Notes: generated by a model from the letters alone, not told the origin. A stretch of 32,000 bases of DNA from Christensenellaceae bacterium (GCA_031260975.1 JAISKJ010000003.1:521692-553691); one strand, 5' to 3'; counted from the first letter of the stretch, positions 1 through 8,830 are shown. Numbers and translations: made by a program.

Positions 1-14
1 ATAAAAAAGTTTCT

Positions 15-683
15 TCATGAATTTTTCCTTATAAAATCTACAATTTCGTTTGCTACTTCTATCTGTGTTTTTAAAGTGGTGTCAATTACCTTGGCGTCTT
101 TGTTTATTTCAACGCCGGAGGCCTCGCCGTTAAACATATACTTGTCGCTGTTGATAATCTCATCCAGCATCTGGTCATAGGATATATTATAAATTCCGCG
201 GCCATGAAGCTCATCAAGCTTACGGCGCGCTCTGGTGGTTGAGTCGCTTGTCAGAAAAAACTTGAAATTAGCGTTTGTAAACAGTTTTGTTGCGTTCATG
301 CTTGCTATAATAATTGTTTTCATACGGCTTAGCTCTGTTTCGGTTGCTAGTATATATTCTTCAACGCATTTGAGCTTTGAGATATTATATTGGTTTGCCG
401 CTACCAGCTTGTTTTTGAGCTGTTCAGGCTGAATGGTCTCACCGTTAAGCGACACCGATATACTGTTTTGATGATTTAACAGCAACTCAAACTTATTGCG
501 CTTTATCATATCTTTTATGCCCTTCTCGTCGGTTGGATTAACGCCCTTTTTGAGGCTGCATACAGCAATGGCGGTTTTGAGTATATCAGAGTCAAAAAAT
601 AACACTCCTAAAATCTCGGACACCTTTCTGGCTATTGTAGTCTTTCCGCTGCCGCTGGGTCCGTCTATAACAATTTGATACAT
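15..683 (-). CDS. cmk: cytidylate kinase
   Basis: It has the N-terminal P-loop GPSGSGKTT and a full-length Cmk-like layout. The ORF-track start (TTG 698) lies inside the Shine-Dalgarno. The ATG at 683 sits 6-7 nt after GGAGGGG, so the start was moved to 683. Confidence 0.9.
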   Translation of the reverse strand: MYQIVIDGPSGSGKTTIARKVSEILGVLFFDSDILKTAIAVCSLKKGVNPTDEKGIKDMIKRNKFELLLNHQNSISVSLNGETIQPEQLKNKLVAANQYNISKLKCVEEYILATETELSRMKTIIIASMNATKLFTNANFKFFLTSDSTTRARRKLDELHGRGIYNISYDQMLDEIINSDKYMFNGEASGVEINKDAKVIDTTLKTQIEVANEIVDFIRKNS

Positions 684-762
684 ATTTTTCCCCTCCAATT
701 AACCGTCAGGCAAAAATCAAATAAATTCAAAAAACCGCTATTCTGTCGGCTAACTTAGTTAC

Positions 763-792
763 ATTATACAACAAATAGAGCTTTTATTACAA
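763..792 (-). promoter_or_regulatory. candidate sigma-A promoter upstream of cmk
   Basis: The minus strand reads TTGTAA (792-787), 18 nt, TATAAT (768-763), about 80 nt upstream of the cmk ATG. This is a sequence match only. Confidence 0.3.
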
Positions 793-994
793 ATAAAAAA
801 GAGGAGTTTTCTTTATTTTATCAATAAAATATCCGCCCCTTCTTTTTTTTCCATAATGTTGCTTAACGCTTCTGCAGATTACATAATTTATCTTTTTTCT
901 TACGGTAGCACTAAAATATCACTGAACGATTCTGCAGGCGACAAAGTCGCCGAAACTCTGGTAAAGTGATATGTTGCAGTGTTGTTAATAATCA

Positions 995-1696
995 TTAGTG
1001 AAGCAGCATCTCCACTTCCCATGGTTTAAGGGCCCTATATTCACCGCGGCTGATGCCGCCGAGCTTTAGCTTTCCTATTTGCACGCGGTTGAGCAGCACT
1101 ACTGTCTTTCCGATAGCTTCCATCATACGCCTGATTTCACGGTTTTTACCTTCATGCAAAACCATTTCGAGCTTGGTGAGATTATTTTTAACTTTCGTCA
1201 CCTTTGCCCGGCACCTTGAAAATTTCTCTCCGTCAATTACAACACCTGCTCTCAAGACTGCCATTTCACTTTCTGAAATCGTGCCCTCAATCTTGACCAT
1301 ATATTTCTTTTCAACCTCGTTGCTGGGGTGTGTGAGCTTATATGTCAGTTCTCCGTCATTGGTGAGAATCAGCATGCCTTCGCTGTCATAGTCCAGCCTG
1401 CCCACAGGGAATACACGCGTCTTTATTTTTATAAGGTCCATAACAGTCTTTCTGCCGTGCTCATCGGCTACAGTGCAGACATAGCCCTTGGGCTTGTTGA
1501 GCATATAATATTCAAACTGCTCAGGCAACTTCAAAATCTCGCCGTTCAAACTGACCGTGTCTTTTGTTTCGTCAACAATAGTGGCAAGGTCTGTTATAAC
1601 CTTGCCGTTAAGAGTTACTTTGCCAAGTTTTATAAATTCTTCGGCTTTTCGTCTGGAGGACACTCCGCACGAAGCCAGAAATTTGTTAATTCTCAT
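995..1696 (-). CDS. rluB: 23S/16S rRNA pseudouridine synthase, RsuA/RluB family
   Basis: An N-terminal S4 domain (MRINKFLASCGVSSRRKAEE) is followed by a pseudouridine synthase core with the catalytic motif PVGRLDYDSEG. Confidence 0.85.
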   Translation of the reverse strand: MRINKFLASCGVSSRRKAEEFIKLGKVTLNGKVITDLATIVDETKDTVSLNGEILKLPEQFEYYMLNKPKGYVCTVADEHGRKTVMDLIKIKTRVFPVGRLDYDSEGMLILTNDGELTYKLTHPSNEVEKKYMVKIEGTISESEMAVLRAGVVIDGEKFSRCRAKVTKVKNNLTKLEMVLHEGKNREIRRMMEAIGKTVVLLNRVQIGKLKLGGISRGEYRALKPWEVEMLLH

Positions 1697-1700
1697 TTGT

Positions 1701-2858
1701 TCAGTTCCATTTTTCTATTATATTTTTTAGTTTGTCGGTAATATCGAGATTATCTACCTCCTCCATAATATACAACTTTGAGCAAAATTGCAAGTCTTTG
1801 TTCACAAAAACTTTATATTCTCCAACAATCTGATCTTTTTTTATGGGTGCCTCAAGAGTTTTTTCAAAATCATACTCTACGTTAATGTTTTCGGCATCCT
1901 CTTTTTTTAAAACTGCTCCGAAGCCTTCTTTGTTATAAACCTTGGCGGCGGATTTTTCTCCGTTTTCAACCATAACCTCACCCACAATGGTGTGATCATC
2001 CAAAATGTTTACGTAAGTATATTCTTCAAAGCTCTGACCCAGCAGCGTAGCACTTTCTTCAAACATAGGTCCGCAGTTAAGAACCACGCACACCACCGTC
2101 ATATCACCTCGCTTGCAAGCCGAAACAAGACATCTGCCCGCCTTTGAAGTAAACCCCGTTTTAACACCTACGCAGCCTTCAAGGCTGTTTAATAGCTTAT
2201 TTTTGTTGCCAAGATAGCGTTCGTTGTTGTGTTCGGTCTTTTCTATCTTATATTTTTTTGTTGAAACGATTTCGGCAAAATCCTTGTTCTTCAAAGCCTG
2301 AGCCGTGATTTTTCCCAGGTCCAGCGCTGTTGTATAATGGTCTTTGTGGTCCAGCCCGTGAGGGTTGACAAAATGTGTATTTTCGGCCCCTGCCCGCTTT
2401 GCCATATCATTCATAAGAGAAGCAAAGCCTTCAACGCTACCGCCTACAGATATAGCAAGTGCAACAGCAGCATCGTTGCCCGACTGCAGCATAAGTCCAT
2501 AAAGCAGCTGCCTTATGCTAAGCTTTTCGGTTTCTTTAAGATATATTGAAGTGCCTTCGGTTAGCGTAGCTTCTTTGGGCGTATCCACGAGCTTGTCAAG
2601 GTTGTCACAGTTTTCAATGACCGTAATGCAGGTGGCAATTTTTGTAGTGCTTGCCATGGCCAGTTTTTCATTTTCGTTTTTGCTATAAAGCATTTTTCCG
2701 TCGTCCGCGCTCAAAACCACCATAGATTTGGCGCTTGACCATGCGGTCGGAGTCTCCGACCACCCAGCCGCAGTGTTATTAAAACCTAAATTTAGGCCCA
2801 AAACACCTAAAAACAGTGCCAAAGTTAAAATGCTGAACAGTATAAGCTTTTTTGTCAT
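1701..2858 (-). CDS. D-alanyl-D-alanine carboxypeptidase (low-MW PBP, PBP5/DacB/DacF type)
   Basis: It has a hydrophobic N-terminal signal and the SxxK (STTK), SGN and KTG motifs in the correct order. An RBS (GAGGGGTG) precedes the ATG. Confidence 0.85.
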   Translation of the reverse strand: MTKKLILFSILTLALFLGVLGLNLGFNNTAAGWSETPTAWSSAKSMVVLSADDGKMLYSKNENEKLAMASTTKIATCITVIENCDNLDKLVDTPKEATLTEGTSIYLKETEKLSIRQLLYGLMLQSGNDAAVALAISVGGSVEGFASLMNDMAKRAGAENTHFVNPHGLDHKDHYTTALDLGKITAQALKNKDFAEIVSTKKYKIEKTEHNNERYLGNKNKLLNSLEGCVGVKTGFTSKAGRCLVSACKRGDMTVVCVVLNCGPMFEESATLLGQSFEEYTYVNILDDHTIVGEVMVENGEKSAAKVYNKEGFGAVLKKEDAENINVEYDFEKTLEAPIKKDQIVGEYKVFVNKDLQFCSKLYIMEEVDNLDITDKLKNIIEKWN

Positions 2859-2868
2859 GTTACACCCC

Positions 2869-3240
2869 TCACTTTTTTAGATTGCTGAGGAATTTGGCGG
2901 CTACATCCAAAAATTTATTAATAGTATTGTCGGCGTTGGTATTTATAAAGGTGACACCTGTTTTTGACACCACCAAAAAGCCTACAGGGTCAACCGTGCA
3001 GCCCGCGCCTGTTCCTCCCGCAAACGGATAGCCTGTGTTTCGCTTGTTGCGCAGGCTCTTTTTTACACCGTATTCACCTCCGCCGTGCACAAAGGCCACC
3101 GTCATTTTACAGATGGGCACAATGGTGTCGCCGTATTCATTTTTTATGGCGCTTCCTACGGTATAGTTTACGTCTACCATACTCTGAAGTCTGCTGAGTG
3201 TAGTCTGAAGTACCTCGTCTAAATTTTGTTCTCGCTCCAT
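2869..3240 (-). CDS. ytfJ: sporulation protein YtfJ (GerW family)
   Basis: It is a 123-aa protein with the GGGEYG...GAGCTVDPVGFLVV core typical of YtfJ/GerW. The RBS AAAGGAG lies 6 nt before the ATG. It overlaps the upstream ytfI-like gene, as in the Bacillus ytfI-ytfJ pair. Confidence 0.8.
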   Translation of the reverse strand: MEREQNLDEVLQTTLSRLQSMVDVNYTVGSAIKNEYGDTIVPICKMTVAFVHGGGEYGVKKSLRNKRNTGYPFAGGTGAGCTVDPVGFLVVSKTGVTFINTNADNTINKFLDVAAKFLSNLKK

Positions 3241-3821
3241 TTTGTTCTCCTTTTAAAAGTTTTGAGTAATGCTACAGCTGCGCCTAGCAGTATATCAAAC
3301 AGAGTTATGTGCAGCTTAAAGTGCAAAGCGAATTTTAAGGTGTTGGCACAGAAATCGGGGTAAACTACACTTAAAATGCGTGCTGATGGTTTATAGTTTA
3401 TAATCTGGCTGGTTATGATGCCCATCGGGATATTCAAACAGCTGCAAAGCATAACAGTTTTTGCGGCGTCCTTTAGGCCGACATTGGCATAAAAATCCAG
3501 CCTGTGAAGTTTGAGCACCCTCAGTATTTTTATTATGAAAATATCCACAAACCCGTTTGCACCAAAGTTCTTAAATTTTTGTGACAGTTTCTTTTTGTGG
3601 GTTTTAATGTTAATACCGCTAAGGGTTAGCCCGAGCTCAGCGCTGAAGATTTTTAGGCCCCAGATATAGAGCATGATATATCCGCAGTTGCCCAAAATAT
3701 CATAACCCGAAATGGCTTTTATTCTAAACGGTAAAAACAAAATTGTAACAACAACGGCCACTATGATGAGGGTTATAATTATGCTTTGGTTGGCATGAAG
3801 AAAATGTCTGAAATTTTCCAT
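3219..3821 (-). CDS. DUF2953/YtfI-like membrane protein
   Basis: It has an N-terminal TM segment, sits immediately upstream of and overlapping ytfJ, and matches YtfI in size. The start is uncertain: the ORF track uses TTG 3860, I prefer ATG 3821, and neither has a strong RBS. Confidence 0.5.
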   Translation of the reverse strand: MENFRHFLHANQSIIITLIIVAVVVTILFLPFRIKAISGYDILGNCGYIMLYIWGLKIFSAELGLTLSGINIKTHKKKLSQKFKNFGANGFVDIFIIKILRVLKLHRLDFYANVGLKDAAKTVMLCSCLNIPMGIITSQIINYKPSARILSVVYPDFCANTLKFALHFKLHITLFDILLGAAVALLKTFKRRTKWSENKI

Positions 3822-3927
3822 ACCCTTAGTTTTTGCAAGTGCATAAAAAAAATACCACAAACATTGCTGCGGTATTTTGGCAGCCGGCAGTTCCTGCCGG
3901 CAGTGATTGGATAGATGTCATAAAAAT

Positions 3928-4458
3928 TTATATCAATGTATCAAAATATGCAAGGTTTTTTATTTCAATATCATTAGGCATTGGAGATTTTTCCAAAAAC
4001 CAATTGTCTGCGTCAAGTGCATCCTGACTTATTTTGTCAGCATTCATTTTTATATAAGTTGCGGTGCCTGCGGCCAGAATGTTACCTTCAATGTCCTCAA
4101 TAAAGCCCGCCCCTTCAAAGGTACGGCTGCTGTCTTTGGTGATTTTACCTACGATTTTAAGGGGTTCACTTAGTGGCACGGGCTTTTTAAATCTTATATT
4201 AAGCTCACCCGTAACTCCCCACAGGTCAGGAGCACCTATCTGAACTGCCCTGCCGATGGTTTCATCTAAAAGTGCCGATATTATTCCGCCATGCATCCTG
4301 CCCGGGTAGCTTTGATGCTCATTGAGCCCTTGAGTGACCCCTACCAGAACTTTATTATCAATTTCATAAAACTTTGTTCTTAGTGAAAATTGATTTTTTA
4401 GACCGCACACAAGACAGTGTGCCGAATTATTTTGTTTGTTTTTGATTTTATATTTCAT
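3928..4458 (-). CDS. PaaI-family hotdog-fold thioesterase
   Basis: It carries the HGGIISALLDETIGRA motif and is 176 aa, which is typical of PaaI/YbgC-like thioesterases. Confidence 0.7.
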   Translation of the reverse strand: MKYKIKNKQNNSAHCLVCGLKNQFSLRTKFYEIDNKVLVGVTQGLNEHQSYPGRMHGGIISALLDETIGRAVQIGAPDLWGVTGELNIRFKKPVPLSEPLKIVGKITKDSSRTFEGAGFIEDIEGNILAAGTATYIKMNADKISQDALDADNWFLEKSPMPNDIEIKNLAYFDTLI

Positions 4459-4468
4459 AACTTCCTCC

Positions 4469-6118
4469 TTAAAATAATCCTTTTATGTTAGCATTTTCGT
4501 CGATTGTCATGTTTATTGCAGCCGGTGTTTTTGACAGCCCGGGCATAAGCATAATACTTCCCGCAATCGCCACCAGAAAGCCCGCTCCTGCTCTGATTTC
4601 GATATCTCTTATAGTAATTTCAAAATTTTTTGGAGCCCCCAGCAACTTTGGATTGTCGCTTAGGCTATACTGCGTTTTTGCAATAATCACAGGCAGCTTA
4701 TCAAAACCGAGCTTGTTTATAGTTTTTACGGCTTCTTTTGCTTTTTGTTCAAATATCACGCCTTTGGCACCATATACTTTTTGGGCGATACTTTCAATTT
4801 TTTGTTCTATGGTTTGATTAAGGTCATAGGCAAATTCAAAGCTGCCACCCTTTTCACAAAGACTTAATACTTCTTTTGCAAGCAGTTTTCCGCCCCTGCC
4901 ACCAAGCTTAAATACATCGTTTACAGCGCACGGCACGCCAAGCTTGGTCACAGCACGCTTAATGGTGTTTACTTCACTGTTTGTGTCGGTTTCGTATTTA
5001 TTTATTGTCACAACAAGCGGCAGCTTAAATACTTCTTTGATTGTTTTTATATGAGCCGTCAAATTGCTTAGCCCCAACTTTACTGCCCGCACATTTTCTT
5101 TTGTTAGCTCGCTCTCAACAACTCCGCCATGAAGTTTTAGGGCTCTTACTGTGCAAACCAGCACCACCGCATCTGGTCTAAGCTTTCCCACGCGGCATTT
5201 CAGGTCAAAAAATTTCTCCGCCCCCAAATCTGCCCCAAAGCCTGCTTCGGTTATGACAAAGTCACCAAGACTCAGCCCCAGCTTTGTGGCGGTTATGCTG
5301 TTACAACCGTGAGCGATGTTGGCAAACGGGCCGCAATGCACCAGCGCAGGAGTTCCCTCAAGAGTTTGAACAAGGTTTGGATAAATCGCGTCCTTCAAAA
5401 GTATTGCCATAGCATTTTCGGAATTTAAGTCTCTTGCGAAAACGGGCTTGCCGTCACGGGTTAGCGCTACAATAATACTGCTAAGCCTTTCTTTAAGTTC
5501 AGTGAGATTTTCGCTGAGGCACATTATGGCCATAATTTCGCTGGCAGCAGTAATACTAAAACTGTCAGGCCGTGCATTTTCGTCGCCGTTTGAACAAATT
5601 ATTCGTCGCAGCGCTCTGTCGTTTAAGTCAAGGCAGCGGTGAAACAATATTTTGTTTGGGTCAATATTGAGCTGATTTCCCTGAAAGATATGATTGTCAA
5701 TAAGACTGCAAAGCAAGTTATTTGCACAAGTAAAAGCATGAAAGTCGCCGTTAAAGTGCAGGTTTATATCTTCCATAGGAACAATTTGAGCGTATCCTCC
5801 GCCCGTAGCGCCGCCCTTAATGCCAAATACCGGGCCCAACGAAGGCTCCCTCAGCGCAAGAACGGTTTTATGTTTCATGCGGTTTAGAGCGTCCGCAAGG
5901 CCTATTGACACCGTTGTTTTTCCAATGCCGGCGCTGGTGGGGTTTATGGCAGTGACCAAAACCAGCTTTCCGCGTAGCGCCCCGGGTTTAGTTATTACTT
6001 TGGCTTTATATTCACCATATTTTATGAGCTCCCCCTGAGCGATTCCAAGCTTTTTTGCGATTTTTTCTATTCTTATTTTTTCAATACTATTTGCAATTTC
6101 AATATCGGTTTTATCCAT
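4469..6118 (-). CDS. fhs: formate-tetrahydrofolate ligase
   Basis: It is 549 aa and full-length Fhs-like, with the nucleotide loop PTSAGIGKTT. The RBS AAGGAGAG precedes the ATG. Confidence 0.95.
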   Translation of the reverse strand: MDKTDIEIANSIEKIRIEKIAKKLGIAQGELIKYGEYKAKVITKPGALRGKLVLVTAINPTSAGIGKTTVSIGLADALNRMKHKTVLALREPSLGPVFGIKGGATGGGYAQIVPMEDINLHFNGDFHAFTCANNLLCSLIDNHIFQGNQLNIDPNKILFHRCLDLNDRALRRIICSNGDENARPDSFSITAASEIMAIMCLSENLTELKERLSSIIVALTRDGKPVFARDLNSENAMAILLKDAIYPNLVQTLEGTPALVHCGPFANIAHGCNSITATKLGLSLGDFVITEAGFGADLGAEKFFDLKCRVGKLRPDAVVLVCTVRALKLHGGVVESELTKENVRAVKLGLSNLTAHIKTIKEVFKLPLVVTINKYETDTNSEVNTIKRAVTKLGVPCAVNDVFKLGGRGGKLLAKEVLSLCEKGGSFEFAYDLNQTIEQKIESIAQKVYGAKGVIFEQKAKEAVKTINKLGFDKLPVIIAKTQYSLSDNPKLLGAPKNFEITIRDIEIRAGAGFLVAIAGSIMLMPGLSKTPAAINMTIDENANIKGLF

Positions 6119-6245
6119 TTTCTCTCCTTAGGCTTTTTAATATAAGTTCTTTTAGTCTAACTTTTTTTTATTATAAAGTCAAGTCAAGACAGTAACTTAG
6201 TTATTTTGTCAGTTTTTAAAAGTATTGAAAACCCTCAAAAAAATG

Positions 6246-6274
6246 TTGACTTATCTGCGGATTTTTGATATATT
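6246..6274 (+). promoter_or_regulatory. sigma-A promoter for the tRNA-Val/tRNA-Gly unit
   Basis: TTGACT (6246-6251), a 17-nt spacer containing TGn, then TATATT (6269-6274). It lies about 15 nt upstream of the tRNA-Val 5' end. Confidence 0.6.
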
Positions 6275-6288
6275 AATATCATCCCTAT

Positions 6289-6364
6289 GGGAGCATAGCT
6301 CAGTTGGGAGAGCATCTGCCTTACAAGCAGAGGGTCATAGGTTCGAGCCCTATTGTTCCCACCA
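6289..6364 (+). tRNA. tRNA-Val (anticodon TAC)
   Basis: A cloverleaf was folded by hand. The acceptor is GGGAGCA/TGTTCCC, the anticodon loop is CTTACAA, the T-loop is GGTTCGAGCC, and the 3' CCA is encoded. Confidence 0.95.
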
Positions 6365-6470
6365 TTTGGAAATGCTTAAGCGTTTTCAAACTTACAGAAG
6401 AAAAGTTAAAATTCCCTCCCTAACTTTTCTTAAACGCAAAAGATTGGGGGTGCCCCCCACCCCCAAATAT

Positions 6471-6545
6471 GCGGAAGTGGCTCAGTGGTAGAGCATCGCC
6501 TTGCCAAGGCGAGGGTCGCGAGTTCGAGTCTCGTCTTCCGCTCCA
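6471..6545 (+). tRNA. tRNA-Gly (anticodon GCC)
   Basis: The acceptor is GCGGAAG/CTTCCGC, the anticodon arm is TCGCC-TTGCCAA-GGCGA, the T-arm is GCGAGTTCGAGTCTCGT, and CCA is encoded. Confidence 0.95.
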
Positions 6546-6548
6546 TCA

Positions 6549-6580
6549 GAAAAAAACACCGATTGCCGGTGTTTTTTTTT
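6549..6580. terminator. bidirectional rho-independent terminator (tRNA-Gly on plus, MarR operon on minus)
   Basis: The sequence is an A-run, CACCG-attgc-CGGTG, then a T9 run. It is symmetric, so it reads as hairpin plus U-tract on both strands. Confidence 0.75.
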
Positions 6581-6630
6581 GCTTTAGGTTAGTTAGTTTT
6601 TGATAAGTAGTTTTGTATAAGCCTTCCCAT

Positions 6631-7062
6631 TTAGATTTCATCTTCTGTCAGCATGTCCAAAACATCTCGGAATGTTCTCAATTGCTCGAATGTAAATTTA
6701 CTTCGCCATCTTTCAAATTCGGCACGATATTTATCTAGCCTTTCCGAAAAAATTTTATTGCCTTTGGGCGTTAGGTTAATTTTGTAGTTTCGTTCGTTAC
6801 TATCAGACTTTTTGTCACGTTCAACTATTTCCTTTGTTTCCAAATCTGAAATTGCCCTCGAAACGAGTGCTTTATCTACACCTGCAATTTCGGTGAGTTC
6901 AGACATTGAGTACCCTTTACCATTTTTGATTATCGGAAATATTATGCGCGCTTGGGCTGATGTTATTTGGCAGTCATCCATGTCTGCCTGTTTTTGTTCG
7001 ATTTTTCTAATCAGTTTTTTTAGTTTGATTACAATTTCTTCGTATGATTCGTCTTTGTTCAT
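6631..7062 (-). CDS. MarR-family transcriptional regulator
   Basis: It is 143 aa with a winged-HTH region (SMSELTEIAGVDKALVSRAISDLETKEIVER). It is the last gene of the ABC transporter operon. Confidence 0.8.
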   Translation of the reverse strand: MNKDESYEEIVIKLKKLIRKIEQKQADMDDCQITSAQARIIFPIIKNGKGYSMSELTEIAGVDKALVSRAISDLETKEIVERDKKSDSNERNYKINLTPKGNKIFSERLDKYRAEFERWRSKFTFEQLRTFRDVLDMLTEDEI

Positions 7063-7072
7063 AGTTTTACTC

Positions 7073-7831
7073 CTATAATGGTAAATCCTTTTTAAGGAAC
7101 TTCAAAATGCCCACGGCATAAAGTGCGACCCCTATCACGAAGAGTGCAACAAATTGTATAATAAACCCAGAACCGGAAATTACTGCCGATGTATCAAACA
7201 GTGTGTTTATTGAAATGTATTTAAGGAATTCCAAATTTGGTATTTCTTTAAACATATTGCAAAGCCAAAATGCAACGGGCAATCCTGCTCCAACCATTAG
7301 TGAGTGGCTACTTTTATTGAACCAACAGCTTGCTGCAAAACAAATCCCGCTTATTGCAAAGGTGAGCAAGAATAAACCAAGCGCCAAAGTCCAAAGTTTT
7401 CCGTAGTCCATATCAGCTCCCACAACCGAACAAATTATAGTTCCAAAAACTCCCATAAGTACTATTATTGCTAGTATTGACACTATGTAGAATAATGCCT
7501 TTGAAAAAATCAGCTGTTTGCGTGTTGGTGGGGTGTTTAGTATAAAACTCATTGTGCCTCTGTCAATTTCACTTGCCACCAATTTATTTCCTATGATTAC
7601 CGAATAAAGAAGCATTATCAAAACGCCCTGCATGCCAAACAGCATCATACCATACACTGAAAGTATTGACCCCATCGGGTTGTTTGGGTTGATTGGTGCG
7701 TTTCCGGCGGATGACTGCACCGCTATTGTTAGAACGGTTATGAAAAAGCATAGTACGGCTGCAATGACAAGCCACAGCTTCCAATTATTCCTTACACTTT
7801 GTTTTAAAATATTTTTAGACAGCAGTTTCAT
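7073..7831 (-). CDS. ABC-2 type transporter permease
   Basis: It is a polytopic membrane protein with about 6 hydrophobic segments. It overlaps the 3' end of the upstream ATPase gene. Confidence 0.7.
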   Translation of the reverse strand: MKLLSKNILKQSVRNNWKLWLVIAAVLCFFITVLTIAVQSSAGNAPINPNNPMGSILSVYGMMLFGMQGVLIMLLYSVIIGNKLVASEIDRGTMSFILNTPPTRKQLIFSKALFYIVSILAIIVLMGVFGTIICSVVGADMDYGKLWTLALGLFLLTFAISGICFAASCWFNKSSHSLMVGAGLPVAFWLCNMFKEIPNLEFLKYISINTLFDTSAVISGSGFIIQFVALFVIGVALYAVGILKFLKKDLPL

Positions 7832-8729
7832 TTTTATTGTCCTCCCCTTGGTAGTATTTCATGAAATATTTTTCAAGCGTAAATTTGATTTCACTCAGAT
7901 ATTCAAGCTTGTATTTATTGGCCTCTGTTAGAAATTCGTTAATCTGCTCATCATTCACAACAACTTTTACTCGGTTCTTTGACATGTTCTTTTCCGTAAA
8001 TTTATAATCTAGCTTTGAAAAAGCTTCAGCATCTTTTTTATCTTTAAATCGTACTTCATATTCTTTGTCTTTTTTATGTTCTATATCTTTCATTTTCACT
8101 TCTGCGATTATTTTTCCTTGCTTAATAATTGCCACTCGGTCGCAGGTTTTTTCAACTTCCTCAAACATATGACTGCTCATCAAAATAGTTTTACCTCTTG
8201 CCTTCTCTTTAGAAATAAGGTTACAAAACCGAGATTGCATAAGCGGGTCAAGTCCGCTTGTCGGTTCATCAAGGATTATTATCTCGGCATCATGCATGAA
8301 GGCAATGACAAGTGCTATTTTTTGTTTCATGCCCTTACTCATACGTTTTAGTTCGCCGTGTGGTTTTAACTGAAAATAATCACAAAGTTCCTCTGCCTTT
8401 TTTAGGTCTACTTTTCGCATCTCTGCAATTTGTTTAATGAACTTCCATCCGGTTAGGTTTTCGGGATAAGCAATTTCACCGGCCAAATAGCCAAGCTTTT
8501 CTTGCACTAGGCTTGGTTGTTTCCAGCAATCCAATCCTGCAATTTCGGTACTGCCGCTTTGTGGTTTTGAAAACCCAAGCAAATGACGAATGGTCGTTGT
8601 TTTACCTGCACCGTTCGGACCCAGAAATCCAAAAACTTCACCTTTAAAAACTTCAAACGAAATGTCAAAAACACCTCGTCCTTGACCGTAATCTTTTGTT
8701 AAATTCTTTACTTTGATTACACTTTCCAT
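7815..8729 (-). CDS. ABC transporter ATP-binding protein
   Basis: It has Walker A GPNGAGKTTT, a signature-like MSKGMKQK, and Walker B IIILDEPTSGLD. The start was moved from 8750 to ATG 8729 (MESVIKVKNL), which sits 7 nt after AAAGGAG. Confidence 0.9.
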   Translation of the reverse strand: MESVIKVKNLTKDYGQGRGVFDISFEVFKGEVFGFLGPNGAGKTTTIRHLLGFSKPQSGSTEIAGLDCWKQPSLVQEKLGYLAGEIAYPENLTGWKFIKQIAEMRKVDLKKAEELCDYFQLKPHGELKRMSKGMKQKIALVIAFMHDAEIIILDEPTSGLDPLMQSRFCNLISKEKARGKTILMSSHMFEEVEKTCDRVAIIKQGKIIAEVKMKDIEHKKDKEYEVRFKDKKDAEAFSKLDYKFTEKNMSKNRVKVVVNDEQINEFLTEANKYKLEYLSEIKFTLEKYFMKYYQGEDNKNETAV

Positions 8730-8751
8730 CTTATTGCTCCTTTTTATCATT

Positions 8752-8770
8752 AAGCTGACAATGTCAGCTT
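8752..8770. promoter_or_regulatory. palindromic operator O2 at about +1 to +19 (probable MarR site)
   Basis: It is a perfect 9-1-9 palindrome, aagcTGACAaTGTCAgctt. It shares the TGACA-N-TGTCA core with O1. Confidence 0.5.
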
Positions 8771-8777
8771 GTTCACA

Positions 8778-8806
8778 ATTATATTAAATTAAGTTGACAT
8801 TGTCAA
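8778..8806 (-). promoter_or_regulatory. consensus sigma-A promoter of the ABC/MarR operon
   Basis: The minus strand reads TTGACA (8806-8801), 17 nt, TATAAT (8783-8778). Both hexamers are perfect. Confidence 0.7.
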
Positions 8807-8814
8807 CTTAATTT
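8786..8814. promoter_or_regulatory. palindromic operator O1 overlapping the -35 box (probable MarR site)
   Basis: It is a perfect 14-1-14 palindrome, aaattaagTTGACAtTGTCAActtaattt. Confidence 0.5.
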
Positions 8815-8830
8815 TAAATGATTTTTATTA

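Noticed and set aside
1053-1741. Plus-strand ORFs of 112 and 137 aa lying antisense to rluB. Many similar antisense ORFs inside fhs, yloV, priA, ligA, pcrA and others fall in the same class.
   Set aside because: They lie fully inside well-supported minus-strand genes. They have no RBS and low-complexity translations, so they are shadow ORFs.
6225-6491. An 88-aa plus-strand ORF.
   Set aside because: It reads straight through tRNA-Val, the structured spacer and the start of tRNA-Gly.
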